From: a virus | Lineage: Duplodnaviria > Heunggongvirae > Uroviricota > Caudoviricetes | Length of the DNA stretch: 14,070 bases | Direction: 5' to 3' (one strand) | IMG/VR virus record: IMGVR_UViG_2648501165_000006 | In this document: positions 7,101 through 13,810 of the stretch, one piece after another | Layout of the letters: every line of letters begins with the position of its first letter | Position numbering within the stretch: position 1 is the stretch's first letter | Notes under the pieces: model-generated | The model's input: only the letters and a program-made list of their open reading frames with translations | Databases searched by the model: none | What the model was told of the DNA's origin: nothing | Program-made: the position numbers and the translations under genes

Positions 7101-7359
7101 GCACATCCCTGTGCCGCCGCCCGTCAGAAGAACCCAGCCTTGTCGTTGATGTACTCCGCGTGAGTCTGGATATCACGCAGGCATTTGCTCACACCGACGA
7201 TGTAGCAGAACATGGTGGTCAGCTCCGCCGCCGCGCCCGATACATCGTGCCCGTCGTCCTGTAACTGGTTAAGCAGATTCATCAGCAGTGAGTTCTCCGT
7301 CAGGCCGAGAACACCAGACGGAGAATGAATCAGGCTGCGGTAGCCGGGCTTCAGTGGGG
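7101..7359 (-). repeat. Inverted repeat copy B (C-terminal module of the Bro-N antirepressor plus 3' UTR)
   Basis: The reverse complement matches copy A with a few mismatches. The repeat ends at GCACATCCCTGTGCCGCC (7101-7118). Confidence 0.8.
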
Positions 7360-7810
7360 CACTGTAGGTTTTGTTCTCTATCTTCATTGCCTGCATCACT
7401 GCTGATGCTGTGGCGTTGGCTACCTGGTCGGCAACCATCTTTATGCGTTCTTCCTGCGGGAGCGAGTTTTTAATGTAACTTCCGGTGCGGCGGATCTGAG
7501 GAAGAACCTCACCTGTAACCCATTTACGAAAGCGGTAGGGGATAGTGCCTGGTGTCACCGCATCGCGGCAGCGGAGGATCAGTGTGTAGAGGCCTGACTC
7601 GTTGATAATATTGGTTTCGCCTTGACGGCCTAAGTTAAATTTAGCCCTTTCATCATCATCAAGAGATTTTATTGACATAGTGGGGTTTGTCAGTTGAAGA
7701 GCTTTAATAACGTCTTTGGCAACAAACCAAGGATTTCCATCAATAACAATGGCTCGAATGGTTGCTTCTGATTCAAAATGAAAAACAGATGGGGTTACGT
7801 TAGCAGTCAT
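7124..7810 (-). CDS. Antirepressor with Bro-N-type N-terminal domain and KilA-C-like C-terminal domain
   Basis: From ATG at 7810 (ribosome-binding site AAGGTG) the N-terminus reads MTANVTPSVFHFESEATIRAIVIDGNPWFVAKDVIKALQL, the Bro-N signature. The C-terminal ~85 aa are near-identical to the gapped antirepressor at 5314..6140. The ORF-track extension to 7963 (MCKAHLFYGG...) is judged non-coding. Confidence 0.65.
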   Translation of the reverse strand: MTANVTPSVFHFESEATIRAIVIDGNPWFVAKDVIKALQLTNPTMSIKSLDDDERAKFNLGRQGETNIINESGLYTLILRCRDAVTPGTIPYRFRKWVTGEVLPQIRRTGSYIKNSLPQEERIKMVADQVANATASAVMQAMKIENKTYSAPLKPGYRSLIHSPSGVLGLTENSLLMNLLNQLQDDGHDVSGAAAELTTMFCYIVGVSKCLRDIQTHAEYINDKAGFF

Positions 7811-7963
7811 AGTGATCACCTTTGTAGTTAGGTTAATCACCACTACCGACGCCAATCGGTTGGTGGTGAACTGTGCAGGGTTGGCGTAACCGGCTACAAA
7901 GGACCCGGCGCACCTTTCGGTGCCCCCACACAGCCCACCATAGAATAGGTGCGCTTTACACAT

Positions 7964-7983
7964 AAAAAAAACCGCTTATGCGG
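7964..7983 (-). terminator. Weak terminator-like element (short GC stem followed by T8 on the minus strand)
   Basis: Plus strand reads AAAAAAAA then CCGC-TTAT-GCGG. On the minus strand the 4-bp GC stem is followed by eight T. The stem is short, so the call is weak. Confidence 0.25.
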
Positions 7984-8123
7984 CATATGTGCCTCTGTAG
8001 TAACTCGGGACGCCAATCCCGGCACTGGATTTTGCCAGTGCCCGATTACTATGGCACAAGAGGAGTGCGATGTAAATTTACCTCAAAGGTAAATATAAGC
8101 ACTCCACTTGGTAATTGCAAACC

Positions 8124-8381
8124 TTATCTGGTTTGCTTTCGTAATTGTTCGGCACAATAGTCGAGATGTGTTTGCAGATCCTGCATAGACATCTGTGAGC
8201 TGGTGACGTAGTTAATCAGTGCAGTCAGTTCGGCAAGTGGGCCATCGACATTAAATCCATCCTTATCGAGATCCCGGAGTAATTTCATCAAGTGCGATCC
8301 CTCCACCAGTGATCTGACGCCTCCCGGCGTGTGAATCCTTTCGGTAAATCCCTCTTCCAGTGGATAGTGATACTGCTGCAT
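8124..8381 (-). CDS. Stand-alone KilA-C-like (antirepressor C-terminal) domain protein, ~85 aa
   Basis: ATG at 8381 is preceded by GGAG. The sequence ...HTPGGVRSLVEGSHLMKLLRDLDKDGFNVDGPLAELTALINYVTSSQMSMQDLQTHLDY aligns by eye with the C-terminal modules of both antirepressors (...HSPSGVLGLTENSLLMNLLNQLQDDGHDVSGAAAELTTMFCYIVGVSKCLRDIQTHAEY). Confidence 0.55.
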   Translation of the reverse strand: MQQYHYPLEEGFTERIHTPGGVRSLVEGSHLMKLLRDLDKDGFNVDGPLAELTALINYVTSSQMSMQDLQTHLDYCAEQLRKQTR

Positions 8382-8576
8382 CTTATCTTCTCCATGCAAT
8401 AACTGTATAAATATACAGTAGCAAATAATTTGTTTGCTATCCAGCACGTTTTGCGAATCACCTGAAAGGTAATATCTGTTCGTATTTATGGGTTATCTAT
8501 CCATATATGGTTTTTAAGGTAATAGAATAACCGGATATGCGGCGCAACGGGTGCTGCGACTATCTGGAGATTTAAC

Positions 8577-10571
8577 ATGACGGTCTCAACCGAAGTTGAC
8601 CACAACGAATATACAGGTAACGGTGTTACAACTACGTTCCCTTATACCTTTAGGATTTTCCAGAAATCTGATCTGGTGGTGCAGGTGATTGACCTTGACG
8701 AGAATATCACTGTGCTGGCTCTTGATACTGATTACGCAGTCACTGGTGCGGGAGGCTATAGAGGCGGTAATATAATACTGTCGAAGGCATTGGCCAACGG
8801 TTATCAGATCTCTATATCACGAGAGCTCCCGGTTACTCAGGAAACAGATCTGCGTAATCAGGGTAAATTCTTTGCAGAGGTGCATGAGGATGCGTTTGAT
8901 AAGCTAACGATGCTGATTCAACAATGTCGTAGCTTGTTTCGTCTTGCACTTTGCAAGCCATCAAGTATTGCAAACTGGTACGACGCTTTAAATAACAGGA
9001 TTAGAAATCTTAAAGATCCAGAAAGCCCTCAGGATGCAGTAACTTTAAGTTATCTTGAAGGGTATATAGAAGGTGGTGATAGTACTTTGCGTCCAGATAT
9101 TACAAGAACTGGAGCTGTAGGGAATAATATACAGCAAGCCATAAACTTATCTATAGCCGGTCAAACTGTAATTACGATGAAAGATGATGAAATTGTATCT
9201 TCATTGTTAAATGAATATGGTGTTGAAATTGAGCAACGCAGGGGGCGTGTATTTAATACAGAAGGTGTTCAACTAACAACGTATTCTGACCCTCGTTCCC
9301 GTTTTGTAACTGGTGACCAATATCTTAATTATGTTATTAGCAAGATGATAAAAGCAGATGGCGTGGATAAATCACAGAAAACATATATTTTGTGGTCTGG
9401 TGACTCCACGATTGTTGGTGTTAACTCTGAATTATGGCCACCAGCAACTATTGCTGATTTTTATGCAAAGAGGTATGGAATTATTGATGTAAAAAATACA
9501 TCGTTAGGTCATTCAGGTAAAACTCTATACGAATGGGGTAATTGGTATATTGATCAGGAATGGTCTGTTTTTTCTGCTGCTGATTTGATTGTTTTACGAT
9601 GGGGAATTAACGATCCATATTATGGTTATACATTGGATCAAGTAAAAGACGCATTAGATAGAGGCCTTTCCAAGTTACGAAATAACAAATCAGTTTCCCA
9701 GCAATCAATTATTATCATGTCCCCAAACTCAACATCAGACACACCAAACGGACGTGATGAAAAATGGTATGAACAGTTAACAGCCGTACTTAGAGCCAAA
9801 GCAAAACAATATAAGTGTATGTTTTTTGATACTTACGGTATGTGGCAGGATTCGCGAGGATCTGCTGGTAACTGGCTTGATGACCCTTATGGCGATGGCA
9901 GGGGAATACACCCAAACTCAACATTTAGCGCACAGATACATAAATTATTATTTGAATATATTTATGGACCGTGTGCTGTTATAAATGGGAGTAGCAACCT
10001 TTTTTCTAACAATGGTTCTTCCATACAATTCATCAATAGCTCATATCCGCCAAATACTTTTCACATGGGGACTTCATGGTGGAGAACAAACCCTGATGAT
10101 GCTTCTTGGCCTCTTGATGGTGTTATTCAGGTTGATAGATTTGTTGACGGAATAGTAGTACAAAAAAATTATGGTTATTCTTCAGATAATGCTCGCGTTT
10201 GCTTAATGAGGATTGGAAGGATTAGTGAGAATACATGGAGTACATGGCGAGGTAATCAGTATGATATGAGTGGCATATTGCAAAATGGTTGGTCTGTAGG
10301 TGAGGCAAGAAGTGGAACATATCAGAAATCAGCCGAGGGCGTTGTTACTTTATCTGCTGTTTTAACAGGTGGAAATACATCTGTTGGCACGGTTATTATG
10401 GTATTGCCAGAAGGGTTTAGACCAAAGAATGATATTTCTTATATTCCATCAGGTACTGATTCATCGGTTGCCCTCATTAATATACTTTCAAACGGTAAAG
10501 TTACAATTCAGAGCTATCCGTCAGGAACTGTTCTTGTAATTAATACGACATTCCCTTCATTAGTTAATTAG
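8577..10571 (+). CDS. Tailspike / tail fibre protein with a conserved N-terminal particle-binding domain, a central SGNH/GDSL esterase module and a C-terminal beta-rich domain
   Basis: ATG at 8577 with a GGAG ribosome-binding site. The N-terminal ~120 aa (MTVSTEVDHNEYTGNGVTTTFPYTF...DLRNQGKFFAEVHEDAFDKLTMLIQQ) fit the podovirus tail-fibre adaptor pattern. SGNH blocks are present: GDS at codons 275-277 (nt 9399-9407), GIND (LRWGINDP), and DGRGIHP with the His at nt 9909-9911. The 3' two-thirds is visibly more AT-rich than the 5' end. Confidence 0.75.
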   Translation: MTVSTEVDHNEYTGNGVTTTFPYTFRIFQKSDLVVQVIDLDENITVLALDTDYAVTGAGGYRGGNIILSKALANGYQISISRELPVTQETDLRNQGKFFAEVHEDAFDKLTMLIQQCRSLFRLALCKPSSIANWYDALNNRIRNLKDPESPQDAVTLSYLEGYIEGGDSTLRPDITRTGAVGNNIQQAINLSIAGQTVITMKDDEIVSSLLNEYGVEIEQRRGRVFNTEGVQLTTYSDPRSRFVTGDQYLNYVISKMIKADGVDKSQKTYILWSGDSTIVGVNSELWPPATIADFYAKRYGIIDVKNTSLGHSGKTLYEWGNWYIDQEWSVFSAADLIVLRWGINDPYYGYTLDQVKDALDRGLSKLRNNKSVSQQSIIIMSPNSTSDTPNGRDEKWYEQLTAVLRAKAKQYKCMFFDTYGMWQDSRGSAGNWLDDPYGDGRGIHPNSTFSAQIHKLLFEYIYGPCAVINGSSNLFSNNGSSIQFINSSYPPNTFHMGTSWWRTNPDDASWPLDGVIQVDRFVDGIVVQKNYGYSSDNARVCLMRIGRISENTWSTWRGNQYDMSGILQNGWSVGEARSGTYQKSAEGVVTLSAVLTGGNTSVGTVIMVLPEGFRPKNDISYIPSGTDSSVALINILSNGKVTIQSYPSGTVLVINTTFPSLVN

Positions 10572-10578
10572 TTGTTTT

Positions 10579-10605
10579 TAGATTGCGACTAAAAATCGCA
10601 ATCTA
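10579..10605. repeat. Perfect 10-bp inverted repeat with 7-nt loop (TAGATTGCGA-CTAAAAA-TCGCAATCTA) immediately after the tailspike stop
   Basis: Read directly from the sequence. It is flanked by a T-run upstream and an A-run downstream, which is not the geometry of a plus-strand intrinsic terminator. Confidence 0.6.
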
Positions 10606-10722
10606 AAAAACACAAATGATGATTTTGTTGTTTACTTATAACATAATAATTCATATATGGTTTGGTTTTGATGGTGTTCTACCAGAAACTGGAGATTTGA
10701 TGAATGTTAAATGGTGGTTGAT

Positions 10723-11127
10723 ATGTCATTTCAAATAACTAATGATCATGTAAATCAGTATCTTACTGTTGGTTCTCTTGCTGCGGTTATTGGTGGGACT
10801 CCACCTGAAGTTGCTTTGGGCTCACTTGCCGGAGCTGTGATTTTTGTTACCTCTGCTATCGAGTATCCAATCCGTCGTCGTGTTCTTCTGTCAGTGCTCA
10901 GCTTTATTTGCGGCCTTCTCTTTTACAAACCAGCAGCATCAATTCTTATTGGCATAGCCAGCCTGATCCCTACCATCACACAGGACTCTTTTGAGAAAGG
11001 GATTGTTTTCTCTGCTGGCGCATTCGTGTCAGCAATTGTCGCTGTGCGTATTGGTATCTGGCTCTATCACCGTTCCGATAATCCACGCGAATTAATGCCG
11101 GGGAGAAAAGACGATGGTAACGCATGA
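10723..11127 (+). CDS. Holin-like membrane protein (about four predicted transmembrane segments)
   Basis: Hydrophobic segments (LTVGSLAAVIGG..., LAGAVIFVTSAI, VLLSVLSFICGLLFY, ILIGIASLIPTI, IVFSAGAFVSAIVAVRIGIWLY). It is the first gene of the lysis cassette. The start is either ATG at 10723 or at 10711. Confidence 0.5.
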   Translation: MSFQITNDHVNQYLTVGSLAAVIGGTPPEVALGSLAGAVIFVTSAIEYPIRRRVLLSVLSFICGLLFYKPAASILIGIASLIPTITQDSFEKGIVFSAGAFVSAIVAVRIGIWLYHRSDNPRELMPGRKDDGNA

Positions 11128-11422
11128 GCTTTTTTTACTTATCACCAATGCGGTTATTTGTACTGGCATAGCAATTCGCGTTGTCACTTTCCAGCGTAAC
11201 GGATCTCAACATCGAAGATGGGGTGGGTGGATTGCTTATTTCCTGATTGTTGCTGCTGCGAGTATTCCAGTTCGTGTCGTTTATGCAATCTGGTTACGCA
11301 CGCCAATGGCTGTGGATTTATCTGAGGTCATTATCAACGCTGTCATGCTTGCTGCGGTTCTTAAAACTCGCGGTAACGTCGTTCAGATTTTCAAAATAAC
11401 GAGGTCTAAATATGGAGATTAA
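11114..11422 (+). CDS. Second small membrane protein of the lysis cassette (holin or antiholin candidate)
   Basis: ATG at 11114 is preceded by GGGAGA. It overlaps the end of the upstream gene by 14 nt and the start of the endolysin gene by 11 nt. It has about three hydrophobic segments and a basic C-terminus. Confidence 0.5.
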   Translation: MVTHELFLLITNAVICTGIAIRVVTFQRNGSQHRRWGGWIAYFLIVAAASIPVRVVYAIWLRTPMAVDLSEVIINAVMLAAVLKTRGNVVQIFKITRSKYGD

Positions 11423-12041
11423 ACAATTCCAGCGAGCTGCTGGTATTAGCGAGGCGCTGGCCGCTCGCTGGTTCTCGCATATAACTTCTGCGATGAAAGA
11501 GTTTGGTATCAGCAAACCAGAAGATCAGGCAATGTTTATTGCTCAGGTCGGGCATGAGTCTGGAGGCTTCACCCGGTTGCAGGAAAATTTCAACTACAGC
11601 GTAACCGGATTGGCTAACTTCGTTCAGGCTGGGCGTCTCACTCAGGGGCAGGCTAATGCACTTGGTCGCCGTGCTGGTGAACCACCATTGCCACTCGAGC
11701 GCCAGCGCGCGATCGCAAATCTGGTGTACAGCAAACGCATGGGGAACAATGCCCCTGGTGATGGCTGGAATTACCGTGGGCGCGGGCTTATCCAGATTAC
11801 CGGTTTGAATAACTATCGTGACTGTGGAAACGGTCTGAAAGTTGACCTGCTGGAGAATCCTGAACTGTTGGCGCAGGACGAATACGCGGCTCGTAGCGCG
11901 GCGTGGTTCTTCTCCAGCAAAGGTTGCATGAAGTATACCGGCGATATTGCACGTGTAACTCTGATTATCAATGGTGGCAGGAATGGCATCGACGACCGGC
12001 GCGCGCGGTACGTCACTGCCAGTAAGGTGCTGGCTGTATGA
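11412..12041 (+). CDS. Endolysin, glycoside hydrolase family 19 (chitinase-like lysozyme) type
   Basis: Motifs [12 protein letters not shown] and [15 protein letters not shown] are typical of GH19-type phage endolysins. From memory it closely resembles endolysins of epsilon15-like Salmonella phages such as SPN1S; this is unverified. GAGG ribosome-binding site, and the stop overlaps the Rz start (ATGA). Confidence 0.8.
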   Translation: MEIKQFQRAAGISEALAARWFSHITSAMKEFGISKPEDQAMFIAQVGHESGGFTRLQENFNYSVTGLANFVQAGRLTQGQANALGRRAGEPPLPLERQRAIANLVYSKRMGNNAPGDGWNYRGRGLIQITGLNNYRDCGNGLKVDLLENPELLAQDEYAARSAAWFFSSKGCMKYTGDIARVTLIINGGRNGIDDRRARYVTASKVLAV

Positions 12042-12520
12042 TCTGGGTATTCGTAAAAGCATACTGGAAACAGATGCTTATCGTGTTGATGCTTGCTGCT
12101 CTGTTCATCGTCGGAGTGGTTGCTTGGAATATACACGGCAGCCGCCAGTACGATGCCGGGTATGCGCAGGCGGAAGAAGACCGCAAAGACGAAGAAGACA
12201 AAGTTCGTCAGTACTACGAACAGGAGAAAGTGACCAATGAACGTGAAGCTCAGCAGAGGATCGACCAGGCGCGCAATGATGCTCTTGATGCTGCCGCTCG
12301 CGCTGGCCGGTTGCAGCAACAACTCTTTGCCATCCGTGAGCAGCTCAGGCAGTATAACGCCATTGTCGGCGCTGGGACGTCAGCCGCAGACACCGGAGTT
12401 TTGCTTGCCGACGTGCTCAGCAAATCTCTCGAGAGAAACAGACAACTGGCAGAGTATGCTGACCGGGCAGCCGAAGCCGGAAGAGTCTGCGAAAAACAGT
12501 ATGACACCCTGACCAGATAG
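12038..12520 (+). CDS. Rz: Rz-like inner-membrane spanin (i-spanin)
   Basis: N-terminal transmembrane segment ([18 protein letters not shown]) followed by a charged coiled-coil periplasmic domain. It lies directly after the endolysin gene and contains an embedded +1-frame lipoprotein gene. Confidence 0.75.
   Translation: MIWVFVKAYWKQMLIVLMLAALFIVGVVAWNIHGSRQYDAGYAQAEEDRKDEEDKVRQYYEQEKVTNEREAQQRIDQARNDALDAAARAGRLQQQLFAIREQLRQYNAIVGAGTSAADTGVLLADVLSKSLERNRQLAEYADRAAEAGRVCEKQYDTLTR
12237..12512 (+). CDS. Rz1: Rz1-like outer-membrane lipoprotein spanin (o-spanin), entirely embedded in Rz in the +1 frame
   Basis: AGGAG ribosome-binding site 9 nt upstream of ATG at 12237. The signal peptide has a basic n-region, a hydrophobic core and the lipobox LAGC. 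The mature part is Pro/Ser-rich, and the gene is nested in Rz as in lambdoid phages. Confidence 0.65.
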   Translation: MNVKLSRGSTRRAMMLLMLPLALAGCSNNSLPSVSSSGSITPLSALGRQPQTPEFCLPTCSANLSRETDNWQSMLTGQPKPEESAKNSMTP

Positions 12521-12630
12521 CATGGCATTTTTCATGGTACTGATTTCCTGTGACGGTATATAAAACGGTACGAGGAAAATTTAGTTTTGGAAAAATGTTA
12601 TCACTCAATTGGTTATGGTATCCGTAAATA

Positions 12631-12645
12631 ATTGAGTGGGAATGA
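12631..12645 (+). other. Putative attR core / remnant of the guaA 3' end (ATT GAG TGG GAA TGA = I-E-W-E-stop)
   Basis: This short reading frame opens only 2 codons upstream at TAA, so upstream sequence is not guaA-like. It ends with IEWE-stop, which I recall as the C-terminus of GMP synthase. Convergent host genes and a terminator follow. Flanking 9-bp inverted repeat TCACTCAATT (12601-12610) / AATTGAGTG (12630-12638). Confidence 0.4.
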
Positions 12646-12675
12646 TTTTAATCCCTGCACTATGAATGAACAAAA

Positions 12676-12702
12676 CCCTCTGTTACTACAGAGGGTTTTT
12701 TA
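12676..12702 (+). terminator. Strong rho-independent terminator (likely the native convergent terminator between guaA and the yfgI-like gene)
   Basis: 8-bp stem CCCTCTGT (12676-12683), loop TACT, stem ACAGAGGG (12688-12695), then TTTTTTA. An A-run precedes it, so it may act in both directions. Confidence 0.8.
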
Positions 12703-12739
12703 TCTTCAAGAATCATAGGCTTGAAGTTACTAACATCGA

Positions 12740-13279
12740 TTAATTAAACCAGCTGTCCGATTTGTTCTCTTCTGCTTTGCCCACGCTTTTCATCAGATCG
12801 CGACCGCCTTCAGTCATATTTCTGTTGGCGTCAGCTTCAGATTGCACCACATCGGTTTGCGCAGCTTTGTGCTTCAGTTCCTGATCGATAAATTCGTTTT
12901 CTCGCTTAACGCGGGCTTCTTCTTTCGCCAGCGCCAGTTTTTGTTTCTGAATCTCTAAGCTGCGTAGCTCATCTTCATAACTTTGATCGCGTTTTTTGTC
13001 CGCAGAGGCTTCGGCGTCCAGTTTATCCTGACGAGCTTTCTTATTTGCTGCTGCCGTTGCCGCTCTTTTGTTAGCGGCGGCCTGGGCATTTGCGCGACGT
13101 TGCTTCTCTTGCTGGATTTCCCTGTTGCGCTCCGCGACCCATTCGTCATGCTGCCTTTGCTCTTCATTTTTACCTTGCTGTTCAGCTTCTGCTACAGCAG
13201 AGAGTTGATCCTGCAATGATGAGGCGATAGCCGGATAGCTTAAGGAGGCCAAGATGGCGCAAAGAAAAACTTTCTTCAT
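12740..13279 (-). CDS. yfgI: Host periplasmic Lys/Ala/Gln-rich protein with signal peptide (YfgI-like)
   Basis: Strong AGGAGG ribosome-binding site before ATG at 13279. Signal peptide MKKVFLCAILASLSYPAIA followed by a charged, low-complexity coiled-coil region. Size (179 aa) and pairing with an upstream glycine-zipper lipoprotein match my recollection of E. coli yfgH-yfgI next to guaA. The symbol is from memory and unverified. Confidence 0.5.
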   Translation of the reverse strand: MKKVFLCAILASLSYPAIASSLQDQLSAVAEAEQQGKNEEQRQHDEWVAERNREIQQEKQRRANAQAAANKRAATAAANKKARQDKLDAEASADKKRDQSYEDELRSLEIQKQKLALAKEEARVKRENEFIDQELKHKAAQTDVVQSEADANRNMTEGGRDLMKSVGKAEENKSDSWFN

Positions 13280-13294
13280 GACTCCTCCTGATTA

Positions 13295-13810
13295 TTAGCT
13301 CTTTTCAGGACATTTAGTATTTGGCTGAATACGCGTTTCGTTATACGTTGTGGTAATAACAACGGCTAAACCTGTCGTAAACTGGCACTCTTTACCCACC
13401 TGGGTAGAGGTATACACTTTGGTGCCTTCCTTATATGTTAAAGAAACACCTTCCACTAAGGTTTTATCATTCACCATAGAACCCGCTGCCGCGCCTACAG
13501 CTCCGCCGCCAACTGCCCCTGCCGTCGTTCCGGAATTGCTGCCAGAACCGACGTTGTGGCCGATAACACCGCCAGCGACTGCGCCAATAAGCGCGCCGAA
13601 GGCTTGTGCGTTCCGTTTATTTTGGGAGTTGTCTACGGCAACTTTTGCGGGAAGAATGGAAATAATATTAACGGTTTTAGTTTCTTGTTTGGTATTCAGT
13701 TGATCGGTTTGATAAACATCGGCGGCATGATCGTCAGCATTTGACTGGCATCCTGCCAGAGTGAATGACGCTAACATTGCCACAGGCAGAAGACATTTTT
13801 TAAATTTCAT
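13295..13810 (-). CDS. yfgH: Host outer-membrane lipoprotein with a glycine-zipper region (YfgH-like)
   Basis: Lipoprotein signal peptide MKFKKCLLPVAMLASFTLAGC (lipobox LAGC) and a glycine-zipper stretch (GALIGAVAGGVIGHNVGSG...GAVGGGAVGAAAG). ATG at 13810 with an AGGA ribosome-binding site; the ORF-track start at 13813 is GTG. The symbol is from memory and unverified. Confidence 0.5.
   Translation of the reverse strand: MKFKKCLLPVAMLASFTLAGCQSNADDHAADVYQTDQLNTKQETKTVNIISILPAKVAVDNSQNKRNAQAFGALIGAVAGGVIGHNVGSGSNSGTTAGAVGGGAVGAAAGSMVNDKTLVEGVSLTYKEGTKVYTSTQVGKECQFTTGLAVVITTTYNETRIQPNTKCPEKS

Larger units (their letters stand above)
1..12645. mobile_element. Right arm of an integrated temperate podovirus-like prophage (ejection proteins, immI-like Mnt/Arc/Ant region, tailspike, lysis cassette) ending at a putative attR
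   Basis: Gene content and order read from the ORF translations: RHH repressors, antirepressors, tailspike N-terminal adaptor domain, holin-endolysin-Rz/Rz1. The coding density ends at a guaA 3' remnant and a terminator, followed by host-like genes. The left boundary lies outside the window. Confidence 0.6.

Noticed and set aside
7900-7942. tRNA-like fragment ending in CCA (…GGTGCCCCCACACAGCCCACCA)
   Set aside because: No T-loop consensus (GTTCRANYC) and no cloverleaf could be drawn; the CCA ending appears coincidental.
7811-7963. N-terminal extension of ORF 7124..7963 (MCKAHLFYGGLCGGTERCAG…)
   Set aside because: GC-rich with hairpins and no ribosome-binding site. The Bro-N domain begins at the internal ATG at 7810, which has a good AAGGTG ribosome-binding site.
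8382-8447. N-terminal extension of ORF 8124..8447 (MLDSKQIICYCIFIQLLHGEDK)
   Set aside because: AT-rich with unlikely residue composition. The internal ATG at 8381 has a GGAG ribosome-binding site and begins exactly where similarity to the antirepressor C-terminal modules starts.
11406-12322. Antisense ORFs 11406..12062 (218 aa) and 11813..12322 (169 aa) opposite the endolysin and Rz genes
   Set aside because: They are opposite a CDS with clear GH19 motifs and a nested Rz/Rz1 pair, and have no independent start signals; their length reflects high local GC content.
12983-13744. Plus-strand ORFs 12983..13219, 13350..13703 and 13556..13744 opposite the yfgI/yfgH-like genes
   Set aside because: They are antisense to ORFs with a clear signal peptide, lipobox and strong ribosome-binding sites; low-complexity Ala/Pro translations are typical of shadow frames.
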